Shown here in pieces: positions 1-13,825 of a stretch of 46,929 bases of DNA. The stretch lies in NCBI RefSeq assembly GCF_006345805.1, contig NW_021834583.1, positions 1-46,929 on the forward strand, read 5' to 3'. Under the pieces are notes generated by a model. It saw only the letters and a list, made by a program, of their open reading frames with translations. It ran no database searches and was not told where the DNA came from. Origin of the DNA: Octopus sinensis (taxonomy: Eukaryota). Made by a program: the position numbers and the translations under genes. The number at the start of each line of letters is the position of its first letter. Position 1 is the stretch's first letter.

Positions 1-38
<38 letters not shown>

Positions 39-260
39 GATATGCATAATACAAACGCATATACACTCTCATACAAATACATGTGCGTTTATACTTATAT
101 ATAATATATATATAATATATATATATATATATCTTTTTCTCTCTCTCACTCTCTCTGTACATATATGTAAATAGATATAAATATATATACTTGGTTGGAA
201 ATTGATGAGTGGCGTTCAATTAAATGATAATATAATATATATATATATATATATGCATAT

Positions 261-515
261 ATTGGTACAGGGTGTCACCAAAAGTAACTAGAAGGAAATA
301 CGAAAACAAATGAATTAAATACGCAAATAACGGGAGAAAAAAGGTCAAGTCATTGATAGACTGACCCTTCATCAGTTTTCAGCTGTCTGCCTACTCTCCA
401 TTTTGAACAAATGACAGTTATGAGTCTTCGAAGACAGTTACTCCTATAAATACCAAAATATAATTTTGGATTTATGGAGGGTCAAGGTTAGGAATAAAAA
501 CAGAACAGTGGAGAC
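261..515 (-). mobile_element. Possible Penelope-like/retroelement end fragment embedded in (TA)n
   Basis: Non-repetitive 255-bp island between two TA tracts. Minus strand has CTGATGA (369-375) followed by a hairpin (AGGGTCA...TGACCTT) but no GAAA. Class assignment is weak. Confidence 0.2.
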
Positions 516-547
<32 letters not shown>

Positions 548-560
548 TATATATATATGA

Positions 561-860
561 AGACGCGTGACTTAGTGGTTAGGCTATCAAGCTACCCATC
601 GAAGGCTTGCGAATTCGAGACCCTGCGGTGCGTTGAGTTCTTGAGCGAGACGCTTTATTTCACGTTCCTCCACTCCACTCACCTGGCAAAAATGAGAAGT
701 AATTGTATTTTATGAGGCCAGTGTTGTCACATTCTCTGTCACGCTGAATTTCCCCGAGAAATATATGAAGTGATGTGCGCGTCTGTGGAGTGCTCAGTCA
801 CATGCACACGAATCACACGAGCAAGCTGTAATCCCCGTCGTCGAAAGCGACGGAGTGCCA
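561..860 (+). mobile_element. tRNA-derived SINE (family A, diverged)
   Basis: A-box-like CTTAGTGGTTAGG, B-box-like GAATTCGAGAC, body CTTGAGCGAGACGCTTTATTTCACGTT. Aligns by eye with 44876-45204 and 19614-19815. Confidence 0.75.
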
Positions 861-870
861 GTTTTAGCAT

Positions 871-924
<54 letters not shown>

Positions 925-976
925 GCATGCATATATACACATACACATATATGTATACATGCATACATATATATAT

Positions 977-1047
<71 letters not shown>

Positions 1048-1058
1048 ATATATATATA

Positions 1059-1096
<38 letters not shown>

Positions 1097-1759
1097 TACG
1101 TATATATTAATATATGTATATATATTTCTGCTTGTAAGTCACGCGCAGAAAATGGCAATACGTTTATCAGTCCAGCTTAATGCTGTAGCAAAACCTGCGG
1201 AGTCTCTCTTCATGCTGTATTGAACTGATAGTTTTATCAACAGGAATTGAAGTTCCTAGCGCAATAAATCAATAATAACTGCACAATCTACCATACAGCA
1301 TAGAGTATATGACTTAATCAATGTATTACGTAATTTTGCTTAAAAGAATAATATATATATATGCATACACCGCTATGAAGCGATCCCACTGAGTGGCAGA
1401 ATACTGAGGCCCGTATCCTCGTATGGCTTTCAAGTTGAAGCCACTCCTATGGCTAGGCGGGCAGGCCATTAAACCTCTTCAGTTTATCTAGCTTCCAACT
1501 ACTAGTGAATAGACTATGTTATATTTAGGGAAATCACTTAAAACGAAGTATGAAATATTTAGTAAAAAGTGTAACACTATTTTTCATTGAAGGTTACCAC
1601 TGGTTTCATGGGGAAACTGGACGTGTGTTGGTCTGAATAAAACATTTCAATCTATCTAGATACAAAACGAATAATTCAATGAATGGGCTTCGAAAATTGT
1701 TTCTTGCCAATTGCATTCATTCTGCATCGAGGTGTGTTAAACATATGTCTCTGAAGAAA

Positions 1760-1990
1760 CGTCACCCGGAATCTCTTCCAGAACTATGCTCCAAAAAATA
1801 CGACCGACGACAGCGAAGTGGAAGAATTCTACCAATAGCTACAGTAAGCGCTAGCACCCAAGGAAAGAAATATGTTGATATGTTTTGATCAGAAGAGAGA
1901 AACAAAAGAGGAGAAAGTTTCGTTTGCATGGCAGAAAGAAGATCTTGCTTTGGGAACACCCGACACAGGAAGCAACCTGGAAGGAGATGG
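1760..1990 (+). pseudogene. Decayed LINE (RTE/CR1-type) AP-endonuclease fragment
   Basis: Frame from 1782 reads NYAPKNTTDDSEVEEFYQ*LQ*AL, matching the APE motif VYAPT..DD.EVEEFY..LQ..L. Contains in-frame stops. Confidence 0.5.
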
Positions 1991-2373
1991 GCCTGGATAG
2001 GCAGATGAAACCTGCTTAGATATATTTAATGTATGAAACTATTAACAGTTCATAATTATATAATATGTACATTAAACAATGTGTACCTCTTACCAGATGG
2101 AGTATTTTTGTTTCTTGAGGAAAAACCAAACTATATATATGCATACATACATACATACATACATACATACATACATACATACATACGAATATATATCCTG
2201 TGATATCCTTAGATGTGGTGCAGTTTCCCAGACGTTTTCGGCTTGGGTCCAGTAGAACAAACCTCTTGAAATTCTTGTGACAATATCCGTGTAAACGAAA
2301 GATTGGCTAGCTTATAATAGATTGGAGTTGTATTAAATACGCTCGAAATGTCAATATTTGGATTAACTTTATT

Positions 2374-2375
2374 AC

Positions 2376-2438
<63 letters not shown>

Positions 2439-2525
2439 CATCATTATTATTATAATTATTATTATTATTGTTGTTGCTGTTGTTGTTGTTCTTCTTCTTG
2501 TTTTTGTTTTTGTTGTTGTTGTTAA
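2374..2525. repeat. Compound (ATT)n/(GTT)n/(CTT)n microsatellite
   Basis: Direct reading. Confidence 0.95.
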
Positions 2526-2690
2526 TATTACATTACGTATATGTATGTATATGTGAGTGCATGTATACGTTCACATTAACATGTTTTAAGTATGAGAAAC
2601 GGAATTCAAACTGACATTTCCTGAACTAATAAAAAAAAAGACTGTAAGACGAAAACTTGTTTCTAACCATTATCATTTCTACAATTCTCT

Positions 2691-2740
<50 letters not shown>

Positions 2741-3186
2741 GGCGAGGTATTCATTCTCTGATCATACAAACCGTTTTAAACGTGTACATACGGTGGAAAG
2801 TGAGAATCGATCGATCAGTTTATGGAAAGAGAAGTCTGAAAGATTATGTTCCAAGTCATGCAACATGAACTATTCTGAAGTGACTTAAAGAGACTGAGGC
2901 AGACGTAATGATAATTAGGCTTATACGCAACGGGTTAAGGAATAATCACGTAGAGTAAATACAGTAAAGAGCTGGGCTATGTTATCATTTAACCACAGTT
3001 CAATTCTGATCGTGTACACTGAAAAAATTTGTTTGCAGGCCGTTAAGTACAGGGTATCGCTGACAACGTTATTTAACATAGATTTTCCTCAATTAAAGCG
3101 TTTTGATGTAAAATGAAACAAATTTCGTAAATATTTCTAACAGAATCATCGGCCATATAGATGTCATATAACTCGTGATCTTATAC

Positions 3187-3353
3187 AGGCGCAGGCAGGT
3201 CTATGTGGTTAAGAAGCTTGCACTGCAACCACGTGGTTTCTAGTTCAATCCCACTTCGCAACAGCATTGGCAAGTGTCTCACTACTATATTCACTCAGGC
3301 TGACCAATGTCTTGTGAATGAATTTAATAGACGGAAACCCCAAGGAAGTTGTC
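3187..3353 (+). mobile_element. tRNA-derived SINE head (family B, diverged)
   Basis: AGGCGCAGG...GTGGTTAAG...GTTCAATCCCAC...GGCAAGTGTC...TAGACGGAAAC. Homologous to 6319-6714 and 37349-37512. Confidence 0.75.
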
Positions 3354-3433
3354 TTATATAGAAATATATGTACACAGATACATACACATACACACAAATA
3401 AGCACACACACACACACACACACACCACACAAC

Positions 3434-3537
<104 letters not shown>

Positions 3538-3651
3538 AATCAAGGACGGCCATAATATGGCATTCACCCACTAGAATAACAGCCAAAAGCTTTAACCGCA
3601 AAATAACATCAATTCCGTAAACCAGGAGAAAATTAAAACATTTACCCTGTA

Positions 3652-3757
3652 ATTTCTTATACGATGCACCGTTTCGTCTACTGTTTAATGGTAAACTAAC
3701 TGATTAAATTATATCAAGCCAATCTACCATAGGCCCTTAGATTCATCAGTAAGAAAT
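3652..3757 (-). ncRNA. Type I hammerhead ribozyme, array 1 copy 1
   Basis: Minus strand: ATTTCTTA-CTGATGA-[~68 nt]-GAAA-CGG(TGCA)TCG-TA-TAAGAAAT. 8-bp stem I, GUA cleavage triplet. Confidence 0.7.
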
Positions 3758-4140
3758 AGCCAAGTCGGAACAGATATTTTTCACGAGGCATTCCCGTCCC
3801 TGCCTCGGCAATATCTGACCTAAAATTTTCAAATCATCGCACTCGCGCCAAATTTATCGGCAGCAAATAAATATAAGCCGCCGATTCCATTACGGAATTA
3901 ACCAGAAAATTCATAATTAATCAATATAGGGTGGCAAAAAAATTTGTAGAATTTTTTTGCCACCAGCGGCCTAGTGGGAAAAAATTAATAGTCATAGACC
4001 ATTTTTAAGTTCAACATCACAATCAAGGAACGGCCATAATAGGCCATTCACCCACTAGAAATAACAGCCAAAAGCTTTAACCGCAAAATAACATCAATTC
4101 CGTAAACCAGGAGAAAAAATTAAAAAACATTTACCCTGTA

Positions 4141-4247
4141 ATTTCTTATACGATGCACCGTTTCGTCTACTGTTTAATGGTAAACTAACCTGATTAAATT
4201 AAATCAAGCCAATCTACCATAGGCCCTTAGATTCATCAGTAAGAAAT
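4141..4247 (-). ncRNA. Type I hammerhead ribozyme, array 1 copy 2
   Basis: Same motif, core intact. Confidence 0.7.
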
Positions 4248-4500
4248 AGCCAAGTCGGAACAGATATTTTTCACGAGGCATTCCCGTCCCTGCCTCGGCA
4301 ATATCTGACCTAAAATTTTCAAATCATCGCACTCGCGCCAAATTTATCGGCAGCAAATAAATATAAGCCGCCGATTCCATTACGGAATTAACCAGAAAAT
4401 TCAAATTTGGCGCGAGTGCGATGATTTGAAAATTTTAGGTCAGATATTGCCGAGGCAGGGACGGGAATGCCTCGTGAAAAATATCTGTTCCGACTTGGCT

Positions 4501-4606
4501 ATTTCTTACTGATGAATCTAAGGGCCTATGGTAGATTGGCTTGATTTAATTTAATCAGGTTAGTTTACCATTAAACAGTAGACAAACGGTGCATCGTATA
4601 AGAAAT
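4501..4606 (+). ncRNA. Type I hammerhead ribozyme, array 1 copy 3 (core G missing: GACAAAC instead of GACGAAAC)
   Basis: CTGATGA at 4509-4515. The 1-nt deletion in GAAA may be a read error. Confidence 0.5.
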
Positions 4607-4991
4607 TACAGGGTAAATGTTTTTTAATTTTCTCCTGGTTTACGGAATTGATGTTATTTTGCGCGGTTAAAGCTTTTGGCTGTTTTTTCTAGTGGGTGAA
4701 TGGCCTATTATGGCCGTTCCTTGATTGTGATGTTGAACTTAAAAATGGTCTATGACTATTTAATTTTTTCCCACTAGGCCGCTGGTGGCAAAAAAATTCT
4801 ACAAATTTTTTTGCCACCCTATATTGATTAATTATGAATTTTCTGGTTAATTCCGTAATGGAATCGGCGGCTTATATTTATTTGCTGCCGATAAATTGGG
4901 GGGCGAGTGCGATGATTTGAAAATTTTAGGTCAGATATTGCCGAGGCAGGGACGGGAATGCCTCGTGAAAAATATCTGTTCCGACTTGGCT

Positions 4992-5097
4992 ATTTCTTAC
5001 TGATGAATCTAAGGGCCTATGGTAGATTGGCTTGATATAATTTAATCAGGTTAGTTTACCATTAAACAGTAGACGAAACGGTGCATCGTATAAAAAT
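4992..5097 (+). ncRNA. Type I hammerhead ribozyme, array 1 copy 4
   Basis: CTGATGA 5000-5006, GAAA 5075-5078, predicted cut after 5090. 3' strand of stem I has a 1-nt deletion (TAAAAAT). Confidence 0.6.
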
Positions 5098-5481
5098 TAC
5101 AGGGTAAATGTTTTTTAATTTTCTCCTGGTTTACGGAATTGATGTTATTTTGGGCGGTTAAAGCTTTTGGCTGTTATTTCTAGTGGGTGAATGGCCTATT
5201 ATGGCCGTTCCTTGATTGTGATGTTGAACTTAAAAATGGTCTATGACTATTTAATTTTTTCCCACTAGGCCGCTGGTGGCAAAAAAATTCTACAAAATTT
5301 TTTTGCCACCCTATATTGATTAATTATGAATTTTCTGGTTAATTCCGTAATGGAATCGGCGGCTTATATTTATTTGCTGCCGATAAATTTGGCGCGAGTG
5401 CGATGATTTGAAAATTTTAGTCAGATATTGCCGAGGCAGGGACGGGAATGCCTCGTGAAAAATATCTGTTCCGACTTGGCT

Positions 5482-5587
5482 ATTTCTTACTGATGAATCT
5501 AAGGCCTATGGTAGATTGGCTTGATTTAATTTAATCAGGTTAGTTTACCATTAAACAGTAGACGAAACGGTGCATCGTATAAGAAAT
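5482..5587 (+). ncRNA. Type I hammerhead ribozyme, array 1 copy 5
   Basis: ATTTCTTA 5482-5489, CTGATGA 5490-5496, GAAA 5564-5567, GTA with cut after 5579, TAAGAAAT 5580-5587. Confidence 0.7.
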
Positions 5588-5806
5588 TACAGGGTAATGT
5601 TTTTTAATTTTCTCCTGGTTTACGGAATTGATGTTATTTTGCGGTTAAAGCTTTTGGCTGTTATTTCTAGTGGGTGAATGGCCTATTATGGCCGTTCCTT
5701 GATTGTGATGTTGAACTTAAAAATGGTCTATGACTATTTAATTTTTTCCCACTAGGCCGCTGGTGGCAAAAAAATTCTACAAAATTTTTTTGCCACCCTA
5801 TTTTGA

Positions 5807-5837
<31 letters not shown>

Positions 5838-6318
5838 ATAGTAATATAGGTGTATAAAGGTTGAATGTGGATTCGTCCTTTAACTGGAGGTTCCCAAAAA
5901 TGATTTCTAACATTGATTTTTAATTATTTGCTGGGTGTTTACAGGAGTAAATTTGCCAAGATATGTAAGTAGTACTTGTATATAATGTATGATGAATTTA
6001 TGGAATGCAGTTCCATATATTCCATCAATTTTGTTAAAAATAGAGGAGACAAGTTGTTAAATTATATAAGAAGTTTAATTCTTGCAGGCGATCGTTTCGC
6101 ACGAGATATAATAATATGAATTCATGATTGAATTAAATTAATCAAATATCAACGTACCCTTTACTGCAGGAAGGAAAGGAACGATAATACAAGGAACTGA
6201 AAAAGGAATATAGCAGAAAAAAATTGGATCTAGGAGAGTCACATTGGATTCTGTGTGAGAAAGAGATGGAAGACATGTCAGATATTTAACCAAGTATACA
6301 TATGTCTTTTGTCTTTGT

Positions 6319-6714
6319 CTTTTACTTGTTTCAGTCATTTGACTGCGGCCATGCTGGAGCACCGCCTTTGGTCGAGCAAATCGACCCCGGGACTTATTCT
6401 TTGTAAGCCCAGTACTTATTCTATCGGTCTCTTTTGCCGAACCGCTAAGTGACGGGGACGTAAACACACCAGCATCGGTTGTCAAGCAATGCTAGGGGGA
6501 CAAACACACAAATACACACACATACACACACACATATATATACATATATACGACAGGCTTCTTTCAGTTTCCGTCTACCCAATCGACTCACAAGGCATTG
6601 GTCGGCCCGGGGCTATAGCAGAAGACACTTGCCCAAGATGCCACGCAGTGGGACTGAACCCGGAGCCATGTGGTTGGTTAGCAAGCTACTTACCCCACAG
6701 CCACTCCTGCGCCT
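6319..6714 (-). mobile_element. Full-length tRNA-derived SINE (family B) with internal CA/TA microsatellite
   Basis: Minus strand starts AGGCGCAGGAGTGGCTGTGGGGTAAGTAGC with B-box GGTTCAGTCCC and ends GACTGAAACAAGTAAAAG. Near-identical to 25142-25561. Confidence 0.9.
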
Positions 6715-6741
6715 ATATGTAGTGTATACATACATACATAC

Positions 6742-6821
<80 letters not shown>

Positions 6822-7150
6822 CAGTTCATTTTAATTACAGCCAAGGATACTTTTTTATCTGAATGAATTATACTCATGTCACATAAATGGAAATTTAATG
6901 TATAAATCTGTAATTAAATTTTTGAGCATGAATTGAAACGGCTGTAAGAAGCAAAGATGACCAATTCGTTAATAATAAACAATTATTAACTTCCGTAGCT
7001 CCGTTTTCTTTTCTTCTTTACAATGGATATAAACTATATGCATATATACCTGTTGTTTTAAGGAAATTCCATTCCCCCCAAATACTAAGTAGTGAAACTT
7101 GGATGCAAACATCTCCTCACGAGGTTAAAATATCCTCTAATTAAATATAT

Positions 7151-7204
<54 letters not shown>

Positions 7205-7237
7205 TGTATTTATTTATAATATATATATATATATATA

Positions 7238-7290
<53 letters not shown>

Positions 7291-7379
7291 CATATACATA
7301 TATATACACACACACATATATATTATATATATATATATATATATGCATGTATGTATGTTTGAGTATATTTATGCGTATG

Positions 7380-7590
7380 TGTCTTTATGTCCGTGATTGT
7401 ACACCGCCATCGCTTGACAACTATGTTGATGTGTATACGTTCCCATAACATGTTGGTTCGGCAAAAGCATCCGATAAAATAAGTTTTATACTTAAAAAGT
7501 ATAATGCCAGGGTTCAATTACTTCGACTAACACCCTTGAAGGAGTTGCTGCAACATGGCCGTAGTTAAATAATTGAAACAGGTGATAGAA
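7380..7590 (+). mobile_element. SINE family B, 3' half (diverged)
   Basis: GCTTGACAAC...GGTTCGGCAAAAG...CAACATGGCCG...TGAAACAGG matches the 3' half of 6319-6714. Confidence 0.7.
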
Positions 7591-7944
7591 TTATAGAGTA
7601 ATAATATATATTTGTGTGAGTGTAGGTCTGAATGTATGTGCGTGTGTGTGTGTGGGGGAAGCAGTTCTGAGAGTGCGTTTAATGGAGGGAGATGTACGTG
7701 GAGTCAGAAACAAACAATTACAAATAGTGTGACGAATATTGCTTTGCACCTTCTGAGACAGCATCCGTGCAAGCAATTCCGTACGAACCTGCATAGGTAT
7801 ATATATATGTACGTATGCACACATGCATGTATATATATCTGCATACAAAATTACATTTGTATACAATAAATATGCATTTGTACATAGACACGCGTACATG
7901 AACCACCGCACTACCCTCAACACAGACATACATACATATATATA

Positions 7945-7987
<43 letters not shown>

Positions 7988-8436
7988 TATATATACATAC
8001 ATATACATAAATATATGTGTGGTTTGTTGGGGTGTCTGTATATATACACACACACACACACACACATATACATATACACATATGTCATTGTGTGTATATG
8101 TATGTATGTGCACATATATACAACTTTCCTATGAATAGTTGTGTGTGATTATGCATGTGTATATGTACATGTGTGTGAAGTGAATACAGTTGGTGCCAGC
8201 CACATCTATTCACCAATTCCATTACTAATGATTACCATTTCATTGGCGATGTAGTAAAATCAATGAATTAGAAACCCCAACAGAGCAACTAAGAAAAACC
8301 TATTGACCGTTTGAATTTAGTGAAGAAGTCTTGAAATGGACCTCGCTTAGTGGTTAGCGCCATTATTTTGTAGAAAGACAGTGGAGCACACGCACAGATA
8401 AACACAAATATTTCTTCCTCTTACATATATATATAT

Positions 8437-8476
<40 letters not shown>

Positions 8477-8874
8477 CGCGTCTGTGTCTGTGTGTGTGTG
8501 AGTGTGTGTGTATATGTATGTATGTATATATATATATGTATGTATATATATATGTATGTATATGTATGTATGTATATATATATGTATATATATATATGTA
8601 TTTGTATATATGAATGTATATATATATATGTATATATATATATATGAGCTTACATGTATTATACATTTATATAGAATATACACACACATATATGTATAAT
8701 TAGATATGTATGTGTATATACATTAACATATTCATATATATACATATAAATGTACGTGTATAAACACACATACATAAATATATTCACATATACAAACATA
8801 CGTGCGTGTTTACATTCAGGTATATATATATATATATATATATGCATAAATACACACATACCATACAACACGCA

Positions 8875-8933
<59 letters not shown>

Positions 8934-9204
8934 CACAATTACACTAGTACAAACCATACATATACTTGTCTGTGGATAAACTTTTTTCTTTTTCTCGAAA
9001 TGCTTTTACTAAGGATAACAAAATGAAAGACATGACACTGTACAGAAATAAAATTAAATAAAAAAAAAATGTCTGCCACATTCTCTCCGGAATTGACGAA
9101 CCTATTCAAATAAAGTGATGATATAACAAGGACGACAACAGACAAGGACAAGCAATGACTACAACCACACATCATCAGCATGACATTTGTATTATATGAG
9201 CCTA

Positions 9205-9500
9205 GCACAGGAGAAGAGGAGGGGGAGGAGGAGGAGGTGGGTAAAAAGGAGAAGTAGAAGAAGAGAAGGAGGATTCGAAGTGGAAGACGGACGAGGAAAA
9301 GTATGGTAAGTTGGAAGGGATAGAGGAAAAATTAGGAGGAGAAGGGGGTGAAGAAGGGGAAGAAAGAGGAAGGAGAAGGAGGAGAAGGAAGAACGGGGGA
9401 AGAAATAGAAGAGATAGGAGAAGGGTATCGGGGACGTGGAGGTGAAGGTGAAGGAGAATTAAGAGGTGAAGGAGGCGGGGTGAAAATAAAGGAGCAGGAG
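9205..9500 (+). repeat. Purine-rich (GAG/GAA) low-complexity tract
   Basis: Direct reading; source of the spurious Pro/Ser/Leu ORF at 9202-9531. Confidence 0.85.
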
Positions 9501-10589
9501 ATGTGACATACGGTGAAGTGATGTTATACATTGTTATACCAAGGAGCGACAGATGAGTATTAGAAAAAGATTACGTGACACACTGGTATTTTATTAAAGA
9601 CTGAGAGAGAGAGGAAGAGGTCGCACACACACACACTTACACACATATATGCACACTAATACAGATACACATGCACAAGAACAAATCAATGCTTCTACCA
9701 TATATACACACGCACTCACATTAAAATACGGTAGACACAATTCTGCGTACATACACCTATACACACGGACCTGTACATATAACAGAAATGTAGTACGTAC
9801 ACTTAGTAATACGCTATACTAAAACTCTCATATACCCACACAGATACATACACACACAAACATACACGCACAAACACATGTAAACACGCAATCGCACACA
9901 TAACAATTAATGAAAAACGGTGGACTACGCACATACATTTACATACACAAACATTCATATAATAGATCCTATATAGACATACGTATATCCTCGGTCTTGT
10001 ATCTCAAAGCAGCTCATTAGGTGGTCACCATCCATTGATTAGTTAACAGTCAGCATGCACAAAAACACACGGATACACGGACACATTTGCAATAAAACAT
10101 GGCAATCAGGTACTTTTACGCCGAAAAACTACTCTTCCGCAGCCCTCACAAATATATATATGTATATATATATATATATATAATATATATATATACACAT
10201 ATATGTGTTTATATATATATATATACACGCACACACATATATACACACACATGAACACATGCACATATACACCCACACACACTTTCTCTCTCTCTCTATC
10301 TCTATGTATATACACTTTCCTGTCTCTAATACACACCTTTCCATGCAATAAGTTTCCAATCTTAGAACCCCTTCCAACATCCGGTCAGTCAATGGCTTCT
10401 TAAGACATTCGTTTTCTCTTGTTTTAGCGTGAGAGATCTATCGCAGAAAATGCAGCCTTCTGAGTAAAGTTACTTTTCATCAAAACTCTGTAGTCGCTAT
10501 ATCAGAAAAATTTCCAATGTAATGTTACTAAATATTGTAATCGATTCTCCAATGTTCAATTGATACTTACTTCGTCGTCCCTCAAATGT

Positions 10590-10784
<195 letters not shown>

Positions 10785-11320
10785 TGTTTCTAACATTGAT
10801 TGCAGAAGGCCAAAAATTGAGCGAAGAGTTAGTCTATAAAATCAAGCGAACTACTTGGCTAAAACCATATTTTACCGACCCGGAAAAACAAAAACTCCAG
10901 CAGCTATAATTGAAATGAGTAAGGAGAGTTAAAATAAGGAGAATAAGACATTTTATACAGTGCACTAATGATCTTGCCAAACAAACATAACAAATAGTAG
11001 TAATAATAATAAAATAATAATAATATAATAATATAATATAATAATAATGATAATAATATAATAATATATATATAATAATAATAATAATATAATAATAATA
11101 TAATAATATAATGATAATAATATAATGATAATAATATAATAATAATGATAATAATAATAATAATAATATAATAATAATAAATAATAATAATATAATAATA
11201 ATATAATAATCATATAATAATAATATAATAATAATAAAATAATAATAATAATAACAATATAATAATAATAATATTATAATATAATAATAATAATATAATA
11301 ATAATAATAATAATAATAAT

Positions 11321-11852
11321 AGTGGCTCTCATGGCTTCTGATCTTAACTGATTGGAAGTGTTATCATGTACATTGTTTTGTCTTGGTATAAAAGATGGGC
11401 TACCAGCAAATATTCTGCTCAATACCACAGATTTGCTTGTCAGTTGTTTGACCTTACCAGTTGAGCATGTCCCTTAGTGGCTGACGATATGTGCATCTCT
11501 GATCACGAGCAGAAGTAGTGGGAGAGCATCATAGCCATGTGGTGAGAGGGATTCTTTGGGTTTGAATAGTTCACCTCTGGAAACATGGGTGGTTCTTTCA
11601 ACATCCTTAAACAACCCTTATTCAGGGACCGTTGAGCGGGATGGGCTACTCAACCTGAAGAAAATTCTAACTGGGCCCCACCTGCAAGGTCATGTGCTGT
11701 TTATCTTGATATGAGATCACCATGTCGCGCACATATGGTTGTGATGCATGTGCCTGGTGTACCTTTATCAGACGGGTAGTCATGATGGGTATATTGGGCT
11801 TCGTATATTTTACCCCAGTGTCACTTTGATGGCATAAACTGCTCTCTCACTC
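11321..11852. mobile_element. ~530-bp non-coding interspersed repeat embedded in (AAT)n, copy A
   Basis: Homologous to 12577-13105 and, in reverse, to 42091-42865. All three lie inside AAT/ATT tracts. Confidence 0.8.
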
Positions 11853-11882
11853 AATAATAATAATAATATAATAATAATGATG

Positions 11883-11915
<33 letters not shown>

Positions 11916-11931
11916 TAATAATAATGATAAC

Positions 11932-11984
<53 letters not shown>

Positions 11985-12204
11985 TGTTTCTAACATTGAT
12001 TGGCAGAAGGCCACAAATTGAGCGAAGAGTTAGTCTATAAAATCAAGCGAACTACTTGGCTAAAACATTATTTTACCGAACCCGGAAAAACAAAATCTCC
12101 TCAGCTATAATTGAAATGAGTAAGGAGAGTTAAAATAAGGAGAATAAGACATTTTATACAGTGCACTAATGATCTTGCCAAACAACCAATAACAAATAGT
12201 AGTA

Positions 12205-12289
<85 letters not shown>

Positions 12290-12576
12290 TAATAATAATA
12301 ATAATATAATAATAATAAATAATAAAAAAATAATTAATAATAATAATGATAATAATAATATAATAATAATATAATAATAATGATAATAATAATAATAATA
12401 ATATATAATAATAATAATAATATACTATATAATACTAATAATAATAATAATAATAATAATATAATAATAATAATAATAATAATATAATAATAATAAAATA
12501 ATAACACAATATAATAATAATAATAATTATAATATATATAATAATACTATATAATAATAATAATAATAATAATAAT

Positions 12577-13105
12577 AGTGGCTCTCATGGCTTCTGATCT
12601 TAATGATTGGAAGTGTTATCATGTACATTGTTTTGTCTTGGTATAAAAGATGGGCTACAGCAAATATTCCTGCTCAATACCACAGATTTGCTTGTCAGTT
12701 GTTTGACCTTAACCAGTTGAGCATGTCCCTTAGTGGCTGACGATATGTGCATCTCTGATCACGAGCAGAAGTAGTGGGGGAGCATCATAGCCATGTGGTG
12801 AGAGGGATTCTTTGGGGTTTGAATAGTTCACCTCTGGAAACATGGTGGTTCTTTCAACATCCTTAAACAACCCTTATTCAGGGACCGTTTGAGCGGATGG
12901 GCTACTCAACCTGAAGAAAATTCTAACTGGCCCCACCTGCAAGGTCATGTGCTGTTTATCTTGATATGAGATCACCATGTCGCGCACATATGGTTGTATG
13001 CATGTGCCTGGTGTACTTTATCAGACGGGTAGTCATGATGGGTATATTGGGCTTCGTATATTTTACCCCAGTGTCACTTTGATGGCATAAACTGCTCTCT
13101 CACTC
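12577..13105. mobile_element. ~530-bp (AAT)n-embedded repeat, copy B
   Basis: Part of the tandem duplication. Confidence 0.8.
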
Positions 13106-13134
13106 ATAATAATAATAATATCATAATAATGATG

Positions 13135-13169
<35 letters not shown>

Positions 13170-13185
13170 TAATAATAATGATAAC

Positions 13186-13244
<59 letters not shown>

Positions 13245-13349
13245 TATAATAATAATAATAATGAAATAATATTAATGATAATAATACTTAGTTTATATTT
13301 TGGCACAAGTTCAGCTATTTTTATAACTATTGTAATCTTGTTTTGTCGA

Positions 13350-13825
13350 CCACAAAATAATGAACGCCATGTTGATCTACGCGATATTTGAGCTCAGAAT
13401 ATAAATACGGCAAAAGATTTTCCCGTCAATCGAACGATTCTTCTAGCGCACCAAATTAATAGAAATTCTAAGTTTTGGCACAAGGCGAACACTTTTAAAG
13501 AGTAGGGAAGTCGATTAAACTAACCACACGGTGGTTAACTGGTATTTAATTTATTGACCCCTTAATGATGAAAAGCAAAGTCAGCCTCAACGACATTTAA
13601 ACACAGAGCGTAGAACCGGAAGAAATTTCCCTTAGCATTTGGAGAGGAAGGGGCCAATGGATTCCATCGACCCCACTACTCGGTCGGTACTTAATATTAT
13701 CCACTGCAAAGCTGAAAGGCAACGTCGATTTCGGCAGAATTTGATATCAGAATGTAACAAGCTGGAAGTAATGCAGCCAAGCATGTTGTCGGGCGTGCTA
13801 TTTGTCCTGCCAACTCGTCACTTCA
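13350..13825 (-). mobile_element. Cluster of decayed SINE family C remnants
   Basis: Degenerate matches to ATCGACCCC...GAAAGGCAAAGTCGAC...GAATTTGAACTCAGAA and GCCAGCTCGCC. Confidence 0.55.

Noticed and set aside
4408-4500. Pol III A/B-box promoter in the array 1 unit (TGGCGCGAGTG)
   Set aside because: No convincing B box, and T-runs directly downstream would terminate Pol III.
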